Notes under the pieces: generated by a model
The model's input: the letters and a program-made list of their open reading frames with translations, nothing else
Database searches by the model: none
Told to the model about the DNA's origin: nothing
Translations under genes and position numbers: made by a program
Assembly (NCBI GenBank): GCA_965603825.1
Contig: CBFDEM010000057.1
Coordinates: forward strand, 310,001 to 374,000
Length of the DNA: 64,000 bases
From: Blepharisma stoltei ATCC 30299
Taxonomy: Eukaryota > Protista > Ciliophora
Direction: 5' to 3'
In this document: piece by piece, positions 25,496-38,408 of the stretch
Layout: every line of letters starts with the position of its first letter
How positions within the stretch are numbered: position 1 is the stretch's first letter

Positions 25496-27367
25496 ATGTG
25501 CGAAATTCCATCTGAGCACTCACCCCATACTCATCCTTTTGGGATCTCAAGTTCATACTCTACCTATTACTCTTCTGATTCATATGGCGAATTCCAGTTT
25601 CCCACCTCTCACACACAATTTATTGATCAAGTCACCGAGCCAGTCTCATTGGAATTTAAATCAGAGTCTACATCTTGTGATGCATGTATGGATTCTAATC
25701 CAATTTTACTCCTGGAATGCACCCTCTGCAAAGTTCGTGTCCATTCATCCTGCTATGGTCTTTTTGAGTATATCGATCCTTGGGTCTGCGAGCGCTGCTT
25801 GTGAAAAGTTGTTGGAAAAAATATTTTCCCTTGCAAAATCTGCAATATATCCAAAGGTGCACTTAAGAAAATGACAAATGGAGATTGAGTCCACGTTGGA
25901 TGCGTCGATTGATGCAAAAGTTTGAAATTTAATAATCACAAAAAATCTGAATATATACGAATTAAAGACCAAGAGAGCAATAAATGCATATTTTGCAATC
26001 AAAACTCAGACTCCTTAATAAAATGTGAGGATTGTGAAGACTGATTTCATTTTAAATGTGGGCAGTTAAATGGAGTGAATTTTATAGATAATAGAGCGAG
26101 CTGCAAGAAACATTCTAAGAAAGATAGTGAAGAGAAAAAAGGAGAAAAAGGAAAGGGAAAGGAAGAAGGAATCAAGTATAACATTGTGGAGAATTTAGAA
26201 GAGGACACACTTATTGTTGATGTTGTTATACCAAATAAGAAACAAAAGAAAAAATTGACAAAAAAAAGCACAGAAAAAAAGTCAAAAGATAAAAAAATAA
26301 AAATTACGGAATCAAATGATGGAGTGCTTACGTTGCATATCAACTCTGAAGATGTTGAAGAAAAAAATGAGCCAAAAACTAAATTTAAAAATGAACTAAA
26401 AATCGAAGAGAAAAATGAAGTGAGAAAGCAGAAAACTCAGTCTGAAGGTCCGCTAATGGTGGACGATAAGACTGTCAAAGCAGCAGCCCGAAGGCCTCTT
26501 TCTCTGATAAAAAATAGAGAAGCAGAATTCAGAAATCCATTTGATGCAGTATCCTTCAATCTTGAGTCGGAAAAAAGTATAAGTATAATAGAGCCTGATT
26601 CAATTAAAGAGGTTCCCGCAATTCCTCCATCAAAAGTAAAATATGTAGAGCAAAATATTTCAAGATTTTTAAAAACAAATGAAAATGAAAAACAGAATTA
26701 TGAGGAAGATGAAATTCAAAATAAAAATGATTACGAATTTGAGATGGATATTGCAAAAGAAGAGGATTTTGAATATGAAGTTGATTGAAAAGTTGAAGAG
26801 GGCACAGAGATAGCCCAATATCATAACCTGATTCAAGAAAAGTTGAAAAAAGAAGATAATTCAATGGATCTCGACATGAGTGATGTCCTCGTATATGAAT
26901 CTAAGGCAGCTGAGGGGAAAAAATTCAAAGGAAGAAAAGAAAATACTTCAAAAGAATATACTCAATATAAAAAATTGAAAAAGCATAAAAAAGTCGCCAA
27001 AGAAACAAAGAAGAAATCAGCAAAAAACTCAGAGAAGCCCAAAACATTGCTTGTTTCTGAACTAAAAATCGAAGAAACAAACACTGCTCAAAGCACCAGC
27101 CAAAGATCGTCCCAGCCTCAAGAATTGATTTCTAATGAAATTCTCTCCTTTAAAGAGCCAATTAAAACATATGACCCACTTAATATTCAGGGAAATTTGC
27201 AAGAATTAGAAACCAAACTTAAAAGCTTCCTTCGAATAAATGCAGCAATAACCTTTAATTCCTATTCTTTCTCAAACAATCCAGAGCTTCAAAAAATCTT
27301 TCAAACATCTGAAATTTTATATGAGCAAATTCGATCATTCGTAATCGAAAACACTGAAAAAGTTTAG
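25496..27367 (+). CDS. PZP-type (PHD-Zn knuckle-ePHD) chromatin reader with long charged tail
   Basis: CDAC...CTLCKVRVHSSCYG...WVCERC then CKIC...GALKKMTNGD-W(TGA)-VHVGCVD-W(TGA), as in the BRPF/AF10/JADE PZP domain. Pieces 25496, 26075 and 26843 are in frame. Confidence 0.85.
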
Positions 27368-27491
27368 TGATTACAAATAATCATTAATTTCAGATAAATT
27401 TATTAATAAATTTAATTTTTTAATGACTATAATTAAAAGTACTGACATTTTAATAATAATGAAAATAAAAATTCTGATGATTATATAATAA

Positions 27492-28547
27492 ATGGATCAG
27501 TTTCGATTGATTAAGCCAGCTTACTCAGCTTCTAGTGTCAAATTAGCCATTGCCACTTTTGCAGTTTTTGCAACAATTTGCATGACTGCATCAATTTTAT
27601 ACCTAACAAGTGAATCTCCTTTGCCAGCTCTCCATGAATACGAACTGGAAGAGCAAGAATTTAAGAATTTTCTGAAAACATACAACAAAAATTACCCCAA
27701 CGAAGCTGAATATCGGGTTAGACTGCAAAACTTTAGAGAAAATCTGTTATTTGCAAGAGTTCATAATAAGCTTGGTAAAACATGAACTTTGGGAGTAAAT
27801 AACTTTGCTGACCTATCTATGGAAGAATTCAAACACATTTATTTATCAAACTCTCATATTCCAATTACTGGCGTAGAATATTTTACACCAGAAAAGGTAG
27901 AAATTCCTACTACTATTGATTGGCGTCAAAAAGGAGCAGTGACTCCTATTAAAAATCAAGGTCAGTGCGGGGCTTGTTGGTCTTTTTCAACTACTGCCAG
28001 TGTAGAAGCTGCTTGGTTTTTATCAGGACACACACTAGTATCACTTTCAGAGCAAGCTCTAATTGATTGCTCTGTTAGCTTTGGAACTAGTGGCTGCTAT
28101 GGAGGAAGCTATGATGCAGGATTCCAATATACAATAAAATACGGCCTACCTACAGGAACGACATATCCATATGTTGCAAGAAGCCAAAATTGCAATACAG
28201 CTTTGCAGACAAAAACTGCTGCAAAAATAACGCAATACATATTTATTCAGCCTGGAAGCTCTCAAGCCTTATTAAACGCTGTCGCGATGAGACCTGTAAG
28301 CGTAAATGTGGAAGCTGACCAAGCAGCATGGATGCTGTATAAAGGAGGGATTGTTTCGAGCAATTGTGGGACTAATTTGAATCATTCAGTTAATATTGTG
28401 GGATATAATACTACTAATGTCCCACCTTATTGGATTGTCAAAAACTCTTGGGATACATGGTGGGGAGAGAAAGGATACATTAGGATTGCGATTGCGGATG
28501 GAAATGGAGTATGTGGCATCAACATGGAGCCAGTATATGCCGTTTAA
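27492..28547 (+). CDS. Papain-family (C1A) cathepsin L-like cysteine protease with I29 propeptide
   Basis: ERFNIN-like EYRVRLQNFRENL, GVNNFAD, QGQCGACWSFS, NHSV, WIVKNSW; joined across TGA 27783. Confidence 0.95.
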
Positions 28548-28812
28548 TTACTTAATGCTAAAATGGCAAAAGAATCTAAGACTAGCTATTTCTTATGCAT
28601 TTTTTTAAAATTTTATTTTCAGTTTATTCTTTATAAGTAAGGCTGAATACCAAATAAAATTAATTTATTCATTAATTCGCATAATAAATCTAAAAACTCG
28701 TATAATCAAAATTAATCGAAAAAATACGAAGTGAAATTTTAACTAATAATTATGCTTTGTCTCTTTCCAGAAATAGAAATAATAAGAAATTTTGACCTAT
28801 TTAAAATCATAA

Positions 28813-29493
28813 ATGTCTACCAAACTTCTTGCTGAAGCTATTGGATCATTCTTTCTTGCTTCAACAATCGCGATAACAGATGTCGAACCTTTCTCAACAG
28901 GTGGCACATATTGGTGTGCTATGATCTTTACAGGCTTCGTTTCAGGAGCCCACTACAACCCAGCAATTACTTTCGCTGTCATGATAAAAGACTGGATGGA
29001 AGATAAGCTTGACCAAGTTAAAGTAAAAGAAAACCTCTTAATGATGGTCTCTCAATTTATTGGTGCTCTTTTTGGAATTTTGATAGGCTGGGGGATTTCT
29101 ACAAGGACAATTTACTTTGAAGTTGCAGATGGTTACCAACAAACCGAAGGATTTTTCTCTGAGTTTATTTTTACTGCAGTTTTGTGCGCAGACTTCATCA
29201 TGGTTTCAAAGATCACTGATAATATTATGATAGGATCGTCTGTAATTGCTATGGCTGTCACATCCGGAGAATGGGCTATAGGGAAAATTTCAAAAGGATG
29301 CTTCAACCCTACAATTTGTTTGGCAGCTAATATTGTCAATTATGCACACACTGGCTCCAATTTTACAGATACGTGGATTTATATTTTGGCTCCTATGATT
29401 GCTGCAATTTTTTCAGGGATGACGGCGAAGATGTTCTTGAGTGAGCTAGATGAGCAGAAAAAGGCTATAGAGGAAGCTGAAGAAAAGAGATAA
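28813..29493 (+). CDS. MIP/aquaporin
   Basis: SGAHYNPAIT and GCFNPTI motifs, six hydrophobic helices, WIYILAP. Confidence 0.92.
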   Translation: MSTKLLAEAIGSFFLASTIAITDVEPFSTGGTYWCAMIFTGFVSGAHYNPAITFAVMIKDWMEDKLDQVKVKENLLMMVSQFIGALFGILIGWGISTRTIYFEVADGYQQTEGFFSEFIFTAVLCADFIMVSKITDNIMIGSSVIAMAVTSGEWAIGKISKGCFNPTICLAANIVNYAHTGSNFTDTWIYILAPMIAAIFSGMTAKMFLSELDEQKKAIEEAEEKR

Positions 29494-29582
29494 CTAATTA
29501 AGTTCGTTTAGCCAATTTAAATATTTACTGGGATTCATTGTTAATAAAATGCATGAATCTGCATTATCCCTTAAATATTAAT

Positions 29583-30839
29583 CTAAAAGAATAAATAAGT
29601 TATTAGTTTTGCTATACAGATTGAAAGTATAATTCTAAATATCCATGAACTCGCTTTATTTTTTGGCATGCCGTTTAAAACTGGTTTGGCAGCTTTCACC
29701 CACACATCTTCTCAGTAATTTTCTTTCTTCTCCTTCAATAGCTCATCTCTATATTTTTTAAGTAGGCTTGGATTTCTTATAAGAAACTCAATTTTTTCTG
29801 CTAAATCTTGTGAGTTTTTAAAAGTATCCCCATTTCTACCAGAAATTACAAGCTCTTCAATAGTATCATAATAAAAAGCTAATGCAGGCAAAGCAGCAGC
29901 ATGCATGTCCACAACTTTCATTGGAAGATCATATCCGCTTGAAGAAATGTGTAAACAAACTCCTAAGTCTGCTTGCTTTAATAGAGTAGGATAATCTTCA
30001 GCCTCAAGCCATGCAAAAATGACTTTGGATTTTTTCCATGTCTTTTGTGATATTAGATTTTTATAATAATCCTTTAATGGACCTTTTCCAGTAATTACAA
30101 GTGTAATATATTCAGTCTCAGTTAAAACCGTTTCTAGCTTGTCTAAAGCTGATATCACAATTGAAAAATCTTCGTCTTCTGTAAAACTAGTTGAGCTGAC
30201 AATTAGAAATCCTCTTAAATTTAACTCATCTCTCATATTTTTTGATGACTCAGCGAGATTTCTTCTAGGTTTGTCATATAAAGTCGTTGACTTGATGCCC
30301 ATTGTTTCCTCTAAATGCTTTTTCATCCTATTGCTGACACAAAAATTCCCATCTGAAAATTTTCCTAAAACTTTTTCATATGCATATGCAATTTTCACTA
30401 TTTTTGAGCTTTTTTTAGCTATTTGTAGCAAAGAAAACCCATAGTTGTGCCAATCAATACAAAGTGGGATATTTTTTAATCATGATCCTAAAAGTGCAAG
30501 AAAAATTGTAGGAATGCTTGGAGGATTTTGGATTAAAATAAATTTTGCATTCTTTATCGTCAAAATGACTAGCAAAAGCTGAAAAGATTCAATAATGATT
30601 CTTAATAAAGCATAAAGTAAAAACAAATACCTTGGCATTGATTTTATTTTGTTGAGTATTGATGAGGTTAATGAATAGATCTTCAATTTTTCATTGTTGA
30701 TTAAATCATTTGGAAGTTTCGTCTCATTATATCCAATCATGTGCACAATATAATCAGTAGCTATCAATGATCGGGCATGATTCATCATTCTTGGCGATCT
30801 TCCTATGTCTCCTAGCACAATCACAATAGCTGCAGCCAT
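29583..30839 (-). CDS. ALG1: Chitobiosyldiphosphodolichol beta-1,4-mannosyltransferase
   Basis: VLGDIGRSPRM, QNPPSIP, IDWHNYG, VSSTSFTEDEDF, DLGVCLHISSSGYDLPMKVVDM. Through two TGA to TAG 29583-29585. Confidence 0.93.
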
Positions 30840-30875
30840 ATTCTAATATAAGCTTTATAAATATTTATTTTTAAA

Positions 30876-31829
30876 TTATTGTGATTCACAAACCAAATTT
30901 TCGCGATCTTGAAGCTCTTCGGTAACTTTTCCTGTTGATTTAGCTAATAATTCTAAATTATAATCAGATACTGGATAAATCATCAGCTGCAAAAAGGTGA
31001 AAATGATCATTTCACTGCATAAAAGCAAATTGCTTGTCCAGCTTGTTATATTATCCACACTATCTATATCGGTGCTGATTATTAAATCTTCTGTAGCAAA
31101 TAAAGTTATTATTAGTGGCTGTATAACAGTAAGCTGCAATGCAAATTGAGTGACTACAAATTTTGAACGAAGATTTAGATATTTCATTTCTGGGATTTTT
31201 TTGACAAAGGATATAAACAGCAAAGTATACGTTATTGCCAGTCCCATGCTTGCTGACTTAGCGATTGTAAGCCAAATCACTCCATTTGACCCATGCTCAA
31301 TTGAGTAACTGTTATACCTTGTAGCCGCAAGAATAATAGTTATGATTACGACACAAAGCAAAACAAAAATATATTGGTATGCTCCAAATTTAATTCTTCT
31401 CAAATAGCTTCGAGCCTTAGATTCAGTTGTAATGTGATACTTCTCACAACAGCAAAATGATGCTTTCTCTTGCTTCATTAGTAGTTTTGCCGCTCTTTCT
31501 TCTGAAAATACAGCCTGATCTTGTTCGATAGCAAATCCCAGCATTTTTTCGATGTATGTCATAAAGGCTCATATGTTAAGAGCTCTGTCTGCTGATATCA
31601 ATGAGTCAATAGGAGCTATTTTCGAGCCGACCAGAAGGCATACCCATGACGATCAGCCTATTACGAGTGGAGTCATAAGTAAAATCAATACTCTTTTCTG
31701 AGCTGGCGCATATACGAAATGCTTCTTATGATGGAGCATTTGGAGCAGAACTATAATCGATGAAATGATGAGAATGACTCCCATAACTCCTACTGCTGAG
31801 CTCTCTCCAAGGCTATCGTGATCAAACAT
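30876..31829 (-). CDS. OSTalpha/TMEM184-family 7-TM protein, copy 1
   Basis: HFVYAPAQKRVLILL, IKFGAYQY, LNLRSKF, NLLLCSEMIIF...YPVSDY fit the Solute_trans_a pattern; 317 aa with UGA=Trp. Confidence 0.8.
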
Positions 31830-32569
31830 TACAAAAATTATACAAAGCCAAAATTAGCCATCTTTGATTGCCCAATACTTCAAATATTTTTACAAATAAT
31901 GGTACTAATAATCTTTATATAATGATTGCCTTTAATTAGCCATTCAAAATATGCTTTATTAGAAAGCAATGTCTCAAAATATGAGATTATATCCCGAACA
32001 AATCATTTTATTTTAGAACTGCTTTTATTTAGGCTTTTTATATTTTGCAATTATTGAGCAATCGTTAAATGAGTGATAAGCAGATCGATTGATTAATTAT
32101 AGAAGAAGCCTTTATTTGCTGACAGCGTTATTGCAATCATTAATGCCTTCAAATCAATGAGAAAATCTGATATATTTTTATAATAGTATACTAAATAGCA
32201 CATTGAATACAATTTAATTAAGTGCTAGTGGTATACTGATTAAAATTTAAGATAAATTATCAATATAGGGATCTATATACAACATTTATCGTTTGCTATT
32301 TGAAGCAATAAAGTCGATGCAAAATCCTATGGATTTACTGTATTTTATTTATTTACATTTTGAGCACTGGCGTTTTAAGGCTCATCGGAGCTATTTATTT
32401 TAAATGAAATCCAAAAATAAATTAGGAACATTTACACACCAAAAATGCACAGAATTTTTTAATAGATTTAAATATTCTGATTAATATGAAAAGTTCATTT
32501 TATATGCACCAGCATTAATTTTTTTTGGCGCAATTAATCATAAAATATAGCTAAATCTTTTAAATAAGA

Positions 32570-33766
32570 CTAAACTAACTCACTAATTAATATTGAGAGA
32601 GCTAGGAAAGCTGCTGAGCTATCATCATTGTCATCATCTTTATTATAATTCTCTCTATACATCCAGTATCCTTCTTCACACAGTGAGTTCAGCACACATG
32701 ATTCTGTTTTCTGTATAAAAGGGTAATAATTGACATTCACCTGATAATAGGTAAGAGTATCATAATTTTTTTTATCCCAATTCGAATGGATGCACCAGTT
32801 ATCAAGCCTTCTGCCAGCATTGCACTTTTTAACATCAGAAGAATGAAGCCATTCTAATAATTTTTTAAAATATGTCATGTAAGGATCATCTCCATAAAAT
32901 AAATTGCAATATAGTTCATTTCCACTGGCTGTAAAAGCACATTCACAACTATTTTCATTAGTAATACTAAATGGAGGGTCAAAATAGTCATCAGATGTTG
33001 ATGTGCAAGAAGCACCTTTAGTTGTGCACGCTAATGGAATGCTCCCAGCTGATTTTAGCTGATTTGTGCAAACAAATACATCATTATGCTCAGCACAATA
33101 GGCATATTCGCATAATAAACTAAAATTATTAGAGCAGCTTGTAATAATTTCATGAGGATGAACAGTCCCATATTTTATGCATAAATTTGCATTGAAATTT
33201 AGATTATCAGTCACGTTGCAGCCAGCCCCATTTTCACAGTCATAGTCTGTAAAGCATCCTTTTGAGCCAACTTTTGTTTGAGGCTGGCATTTATTGGAGT
33301 TGCATATGAGCCCAGGGTTGCATGAAAACATTGAAGAGCACGCTTTATTTGCAGATAATCCTTTGCAGACACCTTTTGTGCATGACAATGTTACAGTAGG
33401 ATCACAGTCGTCAGAAGAGTAGCATTTTTCTCCAGGATAGCTTTGTCCTGTTCTATCAGGAGGGATTGGAAGGCTGCATGTGCTATTTTGTTTAGATGAA
33501 TTCGTGCACATTTTTGAGCTATCAGTGCAGGGTCTGCAGAAATAAGAATTGCTTGCTTCGTCTCAAAGAACGCAGGTGTCTTCTGTGAAAGAAACATTTT
33601 CAGGCTTACATGTGTATATTGGGCAAGTAGTAATTTCAACAATTTCGGAAGATTTTTCAAGAGCTCACTCATAACTATTGCCTATTTGCAAGTTAATCCC
33701 AAAGCACTGGAATAATGCTATCAAAAAAGTCAGAAGAAAATATTTTTTCATTGAATTCAGAGACAT
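32570..33766 (-). CDS. Cys-rich secreted/GPI-type surface protein, copy 1
   Basis: ATG 33766 is in frame with ORF 33511 via two TGA. Signal peptide, many Cys, C-terminal DDSSAAFLALSILISELV hydrophobic tail. Confidence 0.8.
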
Positions 33767-34342
33767 TTATTAATAGGTCAAAGATCTATATTATATCTTT
33801 GAATAAATATAAAATGAATAATTATCGCTAAAAGTAAAAAGAAAAAGCAATTTTACTACCAAATCAGCATAGAAAATAACATTAGAAGTTTCTTTGAATT
33901 ATTTTGAGTATAAAACTAAAATCAGTTAAAAGGCTAGATATAAAGAGCATAAATTGTAAAGGTGGCTGCTATATTGAAAACTACATAAAAATGTGTGAAA
34001 TCTCATTATGATTAATACAGGGCTTTTATTATTAAATGCAATTTTACTTGATGAAGATATTAAAAGTATTTCTTTACAACTTTTGAAATGAAATATTCAA
34101 ATTTTATTAGCTTAATTTATTTATTAGCAAAGACAGGTTCAATGATATGAATTATTTTGAATTTTTGACCCTTTATATAAAATATCTCAAAACAAATTAT
34201 ACACAAATAGATATGACAGTCTATGCGACATCCTGACCTTATTTATTAAATCATTTTCTTTGTCAAACGGGGTTGATCTCCAGCATAACAACTTTGATGA
34301 TATTATGACGGCTAAATATTTATTAAAATTAAATTTAAATTA

Positions 34343-35293
34343 TTAAGAAGTCACATCTAAATTTTGCCGATCATGCAATTCATCTTCTATTTTGCCTGTT
34401 GATTTCTCAAGTAACGAGAAATTATAATCAGATACTGGATAAATCATGAATTGTAAAAAAGTAAAAATGATCATTTCACTGCATAAAAGCAAATTGCTTG
34501 TCCAGCTTGTTATATTATCCACGCTGTCTATATCAGTACTGATTATTAAATCTTCTGTAGCAAATAAAGTTATTATTAGTGGCTGTATAACAGTAAGTTG
34601 CAATGCAAATTGAGTAACAGCAAATTTCGGTTGGAGCTTCAGGTATCTCATTTCAGGTATTCTTTTGGCAAATGATACAAACAGCAAAGTGTAAGTCATT
34701 GCTAATCCCATGCTTGCCGATTTAGCGATTGTGAGCCAAATCACTCCATTTGACCCATGCTCAATTGAGTAGCTGTTATACCTTGTAGCCGCAAGAATAA
34801 TAGTTATGATGGCAACACAAAGCAAAACAAAAATATATTGGTAAGCTCCAAATTTGATCCTTTTGATGTAACTCTGTGCTCTCGCTTCGTTGGTAAAGTA
34901 AAACTTCTCACAGCAGCAAAATGATGCTTTCACTTGCTTCATAAGAAGCTGAGACATCTTTTCCTTTGAAAAAACAGCTCGATCATTCTCGATTGTTCAG
35001 CCTAGCATTTTTTCGATGTATGTTATAAAAGCTCATATGTTGAGAGCTCTGTCTGCTGATATCAATGAGTCAATAGGAGCTATTTTGGAGCCGACTAGAA
35101 GGCATACTCATGAAGACCAGCCTATTACAAGTGGAGTTAGCAGTAAGAGAAAAATTCTTTTCTGAGCAGACGGATAGAAGAAATTTCTTTTGTGATGCAC
35201 CATTTGGATAAGAACTATGATAGATGCGATAATTAGAATAACACCCATAACTCCAACAGCTGAGCTCTCCCCAAGACTATCATGATCAAACAT
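34343..35293 (-). CDS. OSTalpha/TMEM184-family protein, copy 2
   Basis: Highly similar to copy 1; intact 316-aa frame with UGA=Trp. Confidence 0.8.
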
Positions 35294-35455
35294 TTAACAA
35301 TTATAATAATTGTTGAAAGTATTATTAGTTTAAAGCAAGGCGTTTTTATCAGAATAATATTTTAATTAAATTGAATTAAAATCTAAGCCTCAAATTTAGC
35401 TATTTAATTTTTTCCCTGAAAACAATTTAGATGAGAATAATCTTTATAATTAAGA

Positions 35456-36637
35456 TTAATTCAGCCAAATAATAAATATTGAGAGAATCAATATATTGGC
35501 TGAGCTGTCATTGTCCTGATTGTAGGCGCGTCTATGCATTCCATAAAACTGATCCAAAAACGAATTTAATACGCAAGGCTCTGTATTCTGTATGATAGGA
35601 TAATAATATGCATTTGCCTGGTAATACATTAAAGCATCATATTTTTTCTTATCCCAGTTAGATTCAATGCATCGAGAAGCAGTTCTCCTATCAGTGTTGC
35701 ATTTTTTCGCATCTGCTGTTTGAAGCCATTCGAATAATAACTTATAATAAGCCATATATTGGGCATCTCCATTAAATAAATCGCAATATAGCTCAGTTCC
35801 AGTTTCTGTATAAGCACATTGGCAGCCTGGCTGACTAAAGCTAAATGGAGGGTCAAAAAAGTCATCGGACGTCGATGTGCATTGAGCATTTTCAGCTGCA
35901 CACGCTGCAGGGATATTGCCAACTGTTTTTAGCTGGCTTGTGCAGGCAAATAATCCTTTATAAGGAGCACAATAGGTGTATTCGCATAAATTATTCACGC
36001 TATTTATGCAGGTCGAAATAATTTCATGAGCAACAACACTTCCATATTCGATGCACAAGTTAGAGCTAAAGTCTAAAGCATTTGTGATATTGCACCCAGC
36101 TCCATTTTCACAGTCAAAATCACTTAGGCAGCCTTTTGATCCAGATTTCGTTAAAGGCTGGCAGGTACCAGAAATACAGCCAAGTCCAGGATTGCAAAAA
36201 GTTGCCGAATCACATGATTTACCAGCTACGGTACCTTGGCAAACCCCATCTGTGCAGGATAATACAAAAGCATCATCGCAATCGCTTAAGGTTCTGCATT
36301 TTTCACCAGGGTTACTTTCCCCATGTTCATACTCAACTATTGGTATGCATGAAAAATTTGAATTAAAATTGAATTCGCAATAAGTTGAAGAGTCTTTGCA
36401 TGGGCTGCATAGATTCGTATTAGTTTTTGAATCGTAAAACACGCAGGTATCATTGGCGAAAGGAACATTGTCAGGCTTGCAAGCATATATTGGACAAGCT
36501 GGAAGGTTAACAATTTCGGGTGCTTCTTCGAGAATTATGTCAGTTGATTGATTAACTTCTGTGTCAATCTTAAAGCAGCTGAATAACTCCAAAGAAATTA
36601 GAAGCAAGAGCGTTTTAGATATATGATCCAAAGACAT
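35456..36637 (-). CDS. Cys-rich secreted/GPI-type surface protein, copy 2
   Basis: 393-aa ORF with Cys spacing colinear with copy 1 (CPIYxCKP, DCENGAGCN, DDxFDPPFS, ELYCxLF); tail NDSSANILILSIFIIWLN. Confidence 0.82.
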   Translation of the reverse strand: MSLDHISKTLLLLISLELFSCFKIDTEVNQSTDIILEEAPEIVNLPACPIYACKPDNVPFANDTCVFYDSKTNTNLCSPCKDSSTYCEFNFNSNFSCIPIVEYEHGESNPGEKCRTLSDCDDAFVLSCTDGVCQGTVAGKSCDSATFCNPGLGCISGTCQPLTKSGSKGCLSDFDCENGAGCNITNALDFSSNLCIEYGSVVAHEIISTCINSVNNLCEYTYCAPYKGLFACTSQLKTVGNIPAACAAENAQCTSTSDDFFDPPFSFSQPGCQCAYTETGTELYCDLFNGDAQYMAYYKLLFEWLQTADAKKCNTDRRTASRCIESNWDKKKYDALMYYQANAYYYPIIQNTEPCVLNSFLDQFYGMHRRAYNQDNDSSANILILSIFIIWLN

Positions 36638-37270
36638 TTATTTTATTCACCATAAAGATTAATAATTTCCAAGATTAAATTTTATCACCAATTTTCTTTT
36701 GATGATGATTTCCTAAGGATCTTCGGATCCAGATAGTGAGCAAGGCTATAATTTCTAAATATATAATGGACTTGCATTTGACAAGTTTTTATTTTTTAAT
36801 ATTGTCAAGTTGCAAAAATAAATAATAAGTGTGAAAGAGCGTCAAAATTTGAGTAATCACAGAAATTCAAGAGCAGCAAACAATCTTGATATTTAAGATA
36901 ACTAAATTATAAAAAAGTAAAATGATATATTAAACCATAAGATCATAAAATTGCTTATAATTTTACTTAAAATTAAGATAATTTCATTTAAGGACTTAAA
37001 GAATCTTTTAATTAGACCAAATATCTTTAGATCATTTAGTTTTTATAAGCAAGCTGCCTTGCTAAACAATAGGCTTAATTTTCCTTAAATTAACTTTTTA
37101 TTAATGCTCGCTTAATTTGACGTCAAAGGATATTACAAAAAATGAAAGAGAAGATGCAGAAAAGTCAAGAAAATGCGAATAAAAATGTAAAATAAATTAT
37201 AATATTAGTATTCAACACGTTTAATATACACAATAACTTATAATGCCGCTAGAATCGACTAAAAATAAAG

Positions 37271-37588
37271 ATGGATTTGCCAAATTATATTTGAACGAAC
37301 AAGCCCGATTAAATCTAAAAGAAAAAGAATCGATAAAGAAAAAGAAATTTTGCTTTACAAGATCAATAAAACAGAAAATGAAGAGATAAAAAGCAATTAC
37401 AGGGATATGCTAGTTTCAATTATATTTGAAATAGATGACATAGTGATGCTATTGAAAATGCGGGAATGGTCGGAAGAGCTTGAGATGATTCTAGCTCATC
37501 AATGTTTTACTCAACTGAAGACTCGAATTCCTCCAGTTTTAGCGATTATGATACTTTTAGAAGACCTAGAAATAATTACGGAATCTAG
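37271..37588 (+). pseudogene. Frameshifted copy of the 40273 small gene (or consensus errors)
   Basis: Nearly identical to 40273-40593 but with three 1-nt deletions in runs (T4>T3, A6>A5, TT>T). Confidence 0.6.
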
Positions 37589-37813
37589 TAAAGACTTAAA
37601 AGAAGCAATAAATTAGAATTTTTTTAACTAAGCACAAACAATATTTTATATAACGAAATCAATTTATAAATTAAATTCAAATATTTTTTGAATTATATAC
37701 GAGTGATTCTTTTATTAATTTTGATTAATGCTTAAAGTATATTAGATATCAGAAATAATGTTAATAAAATAGGAAATAATTGATTATACTAAAGCTCAAT
37801 GAGTGATTAATTA

Positions 37814-37901
37814 TTAATTTATTCTAAACCAAGTATGGTTATGTTCAGTACCATAACTTTGCAAAATATTCACTATTTCTTCTTTTTGATTAATTATTGC
37901 T
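37814..37901 (-). pseudogene. Orphan 88-nt 3' end of the F-box/LRR/ankyrin gene, left at the duplication breakpoint
   Basis: Matches 40820-40907 (AIINQKEEIVNILQSYG...TWFRIN*). Confidence 0.85.
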
Positions 37902-38016
37902 GAGATAATTTATTTATTAGTAAAACCAGGTTCAATGGAATGAATTATTTTGAATTTTTTAGTGTAGACAATGTCTGCAAATTTTTCGCTTGATTCACAT
38001 GTTACTGTTGAATTTA

Positions 38017-38408
38017 ATGGCTATAACAACCTTATCATTTTTATGTGCTTTACTATCTTTATCAATATCCCTACAAAGTAAAGAAAATCATTTATTCGCA
38101 ACTCCATCATTTTTAGATGTCTCAGATACTGAAGCAGACTTAGAATAATTACAAAATGCAACAGATTCTCAAACTATTATCACAGAAGACGGTGTGGATG
38201 AAGCAATTCCTGTGTTTCATCAAGCCAACCATATGATAAACAACAAGGGGATATGACTGATAATGATGCCGAAGATTATGCAAGTCTGGCCTTAATAACG
38301 CCGACTGAAGATGCTGAAGGATTGACTTGGCAAGATATTGAAAGGACTGATGATATTGATGAAGCTGTAGAAGGATCTGATAACCCTGGTGCAGGAGCTT
38401 GGGTATAA
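38017..38408 (+). pseudogene. Interrupted ORF for a small, very acidic secreted protein
   Basis: MAITTLSFLCALLSLSISL signal-like start, D/E-rich body, end EGSDNPGAGAWV*. One internal TAA (~38145) and one frameshift (~38216). Confidence 0.5.

Larger units (their letters stand above)
34113..37901. repeat. Tandem segmental duplication, left unit
   Basis: 34113-34166 matches 37906-37960; 34240-35560 matches 38465-39785; 36781-37901 matches 39783-40907. Intergenic DNA is included. Confidence 0.88.

Noticed and set aside
33540-33680. Apparent frameshift in Cys-rich gene copy 1
   Set aside because: With UGA=Trp, ATG 33766 is in frame with the rest (255 nt to 33511).
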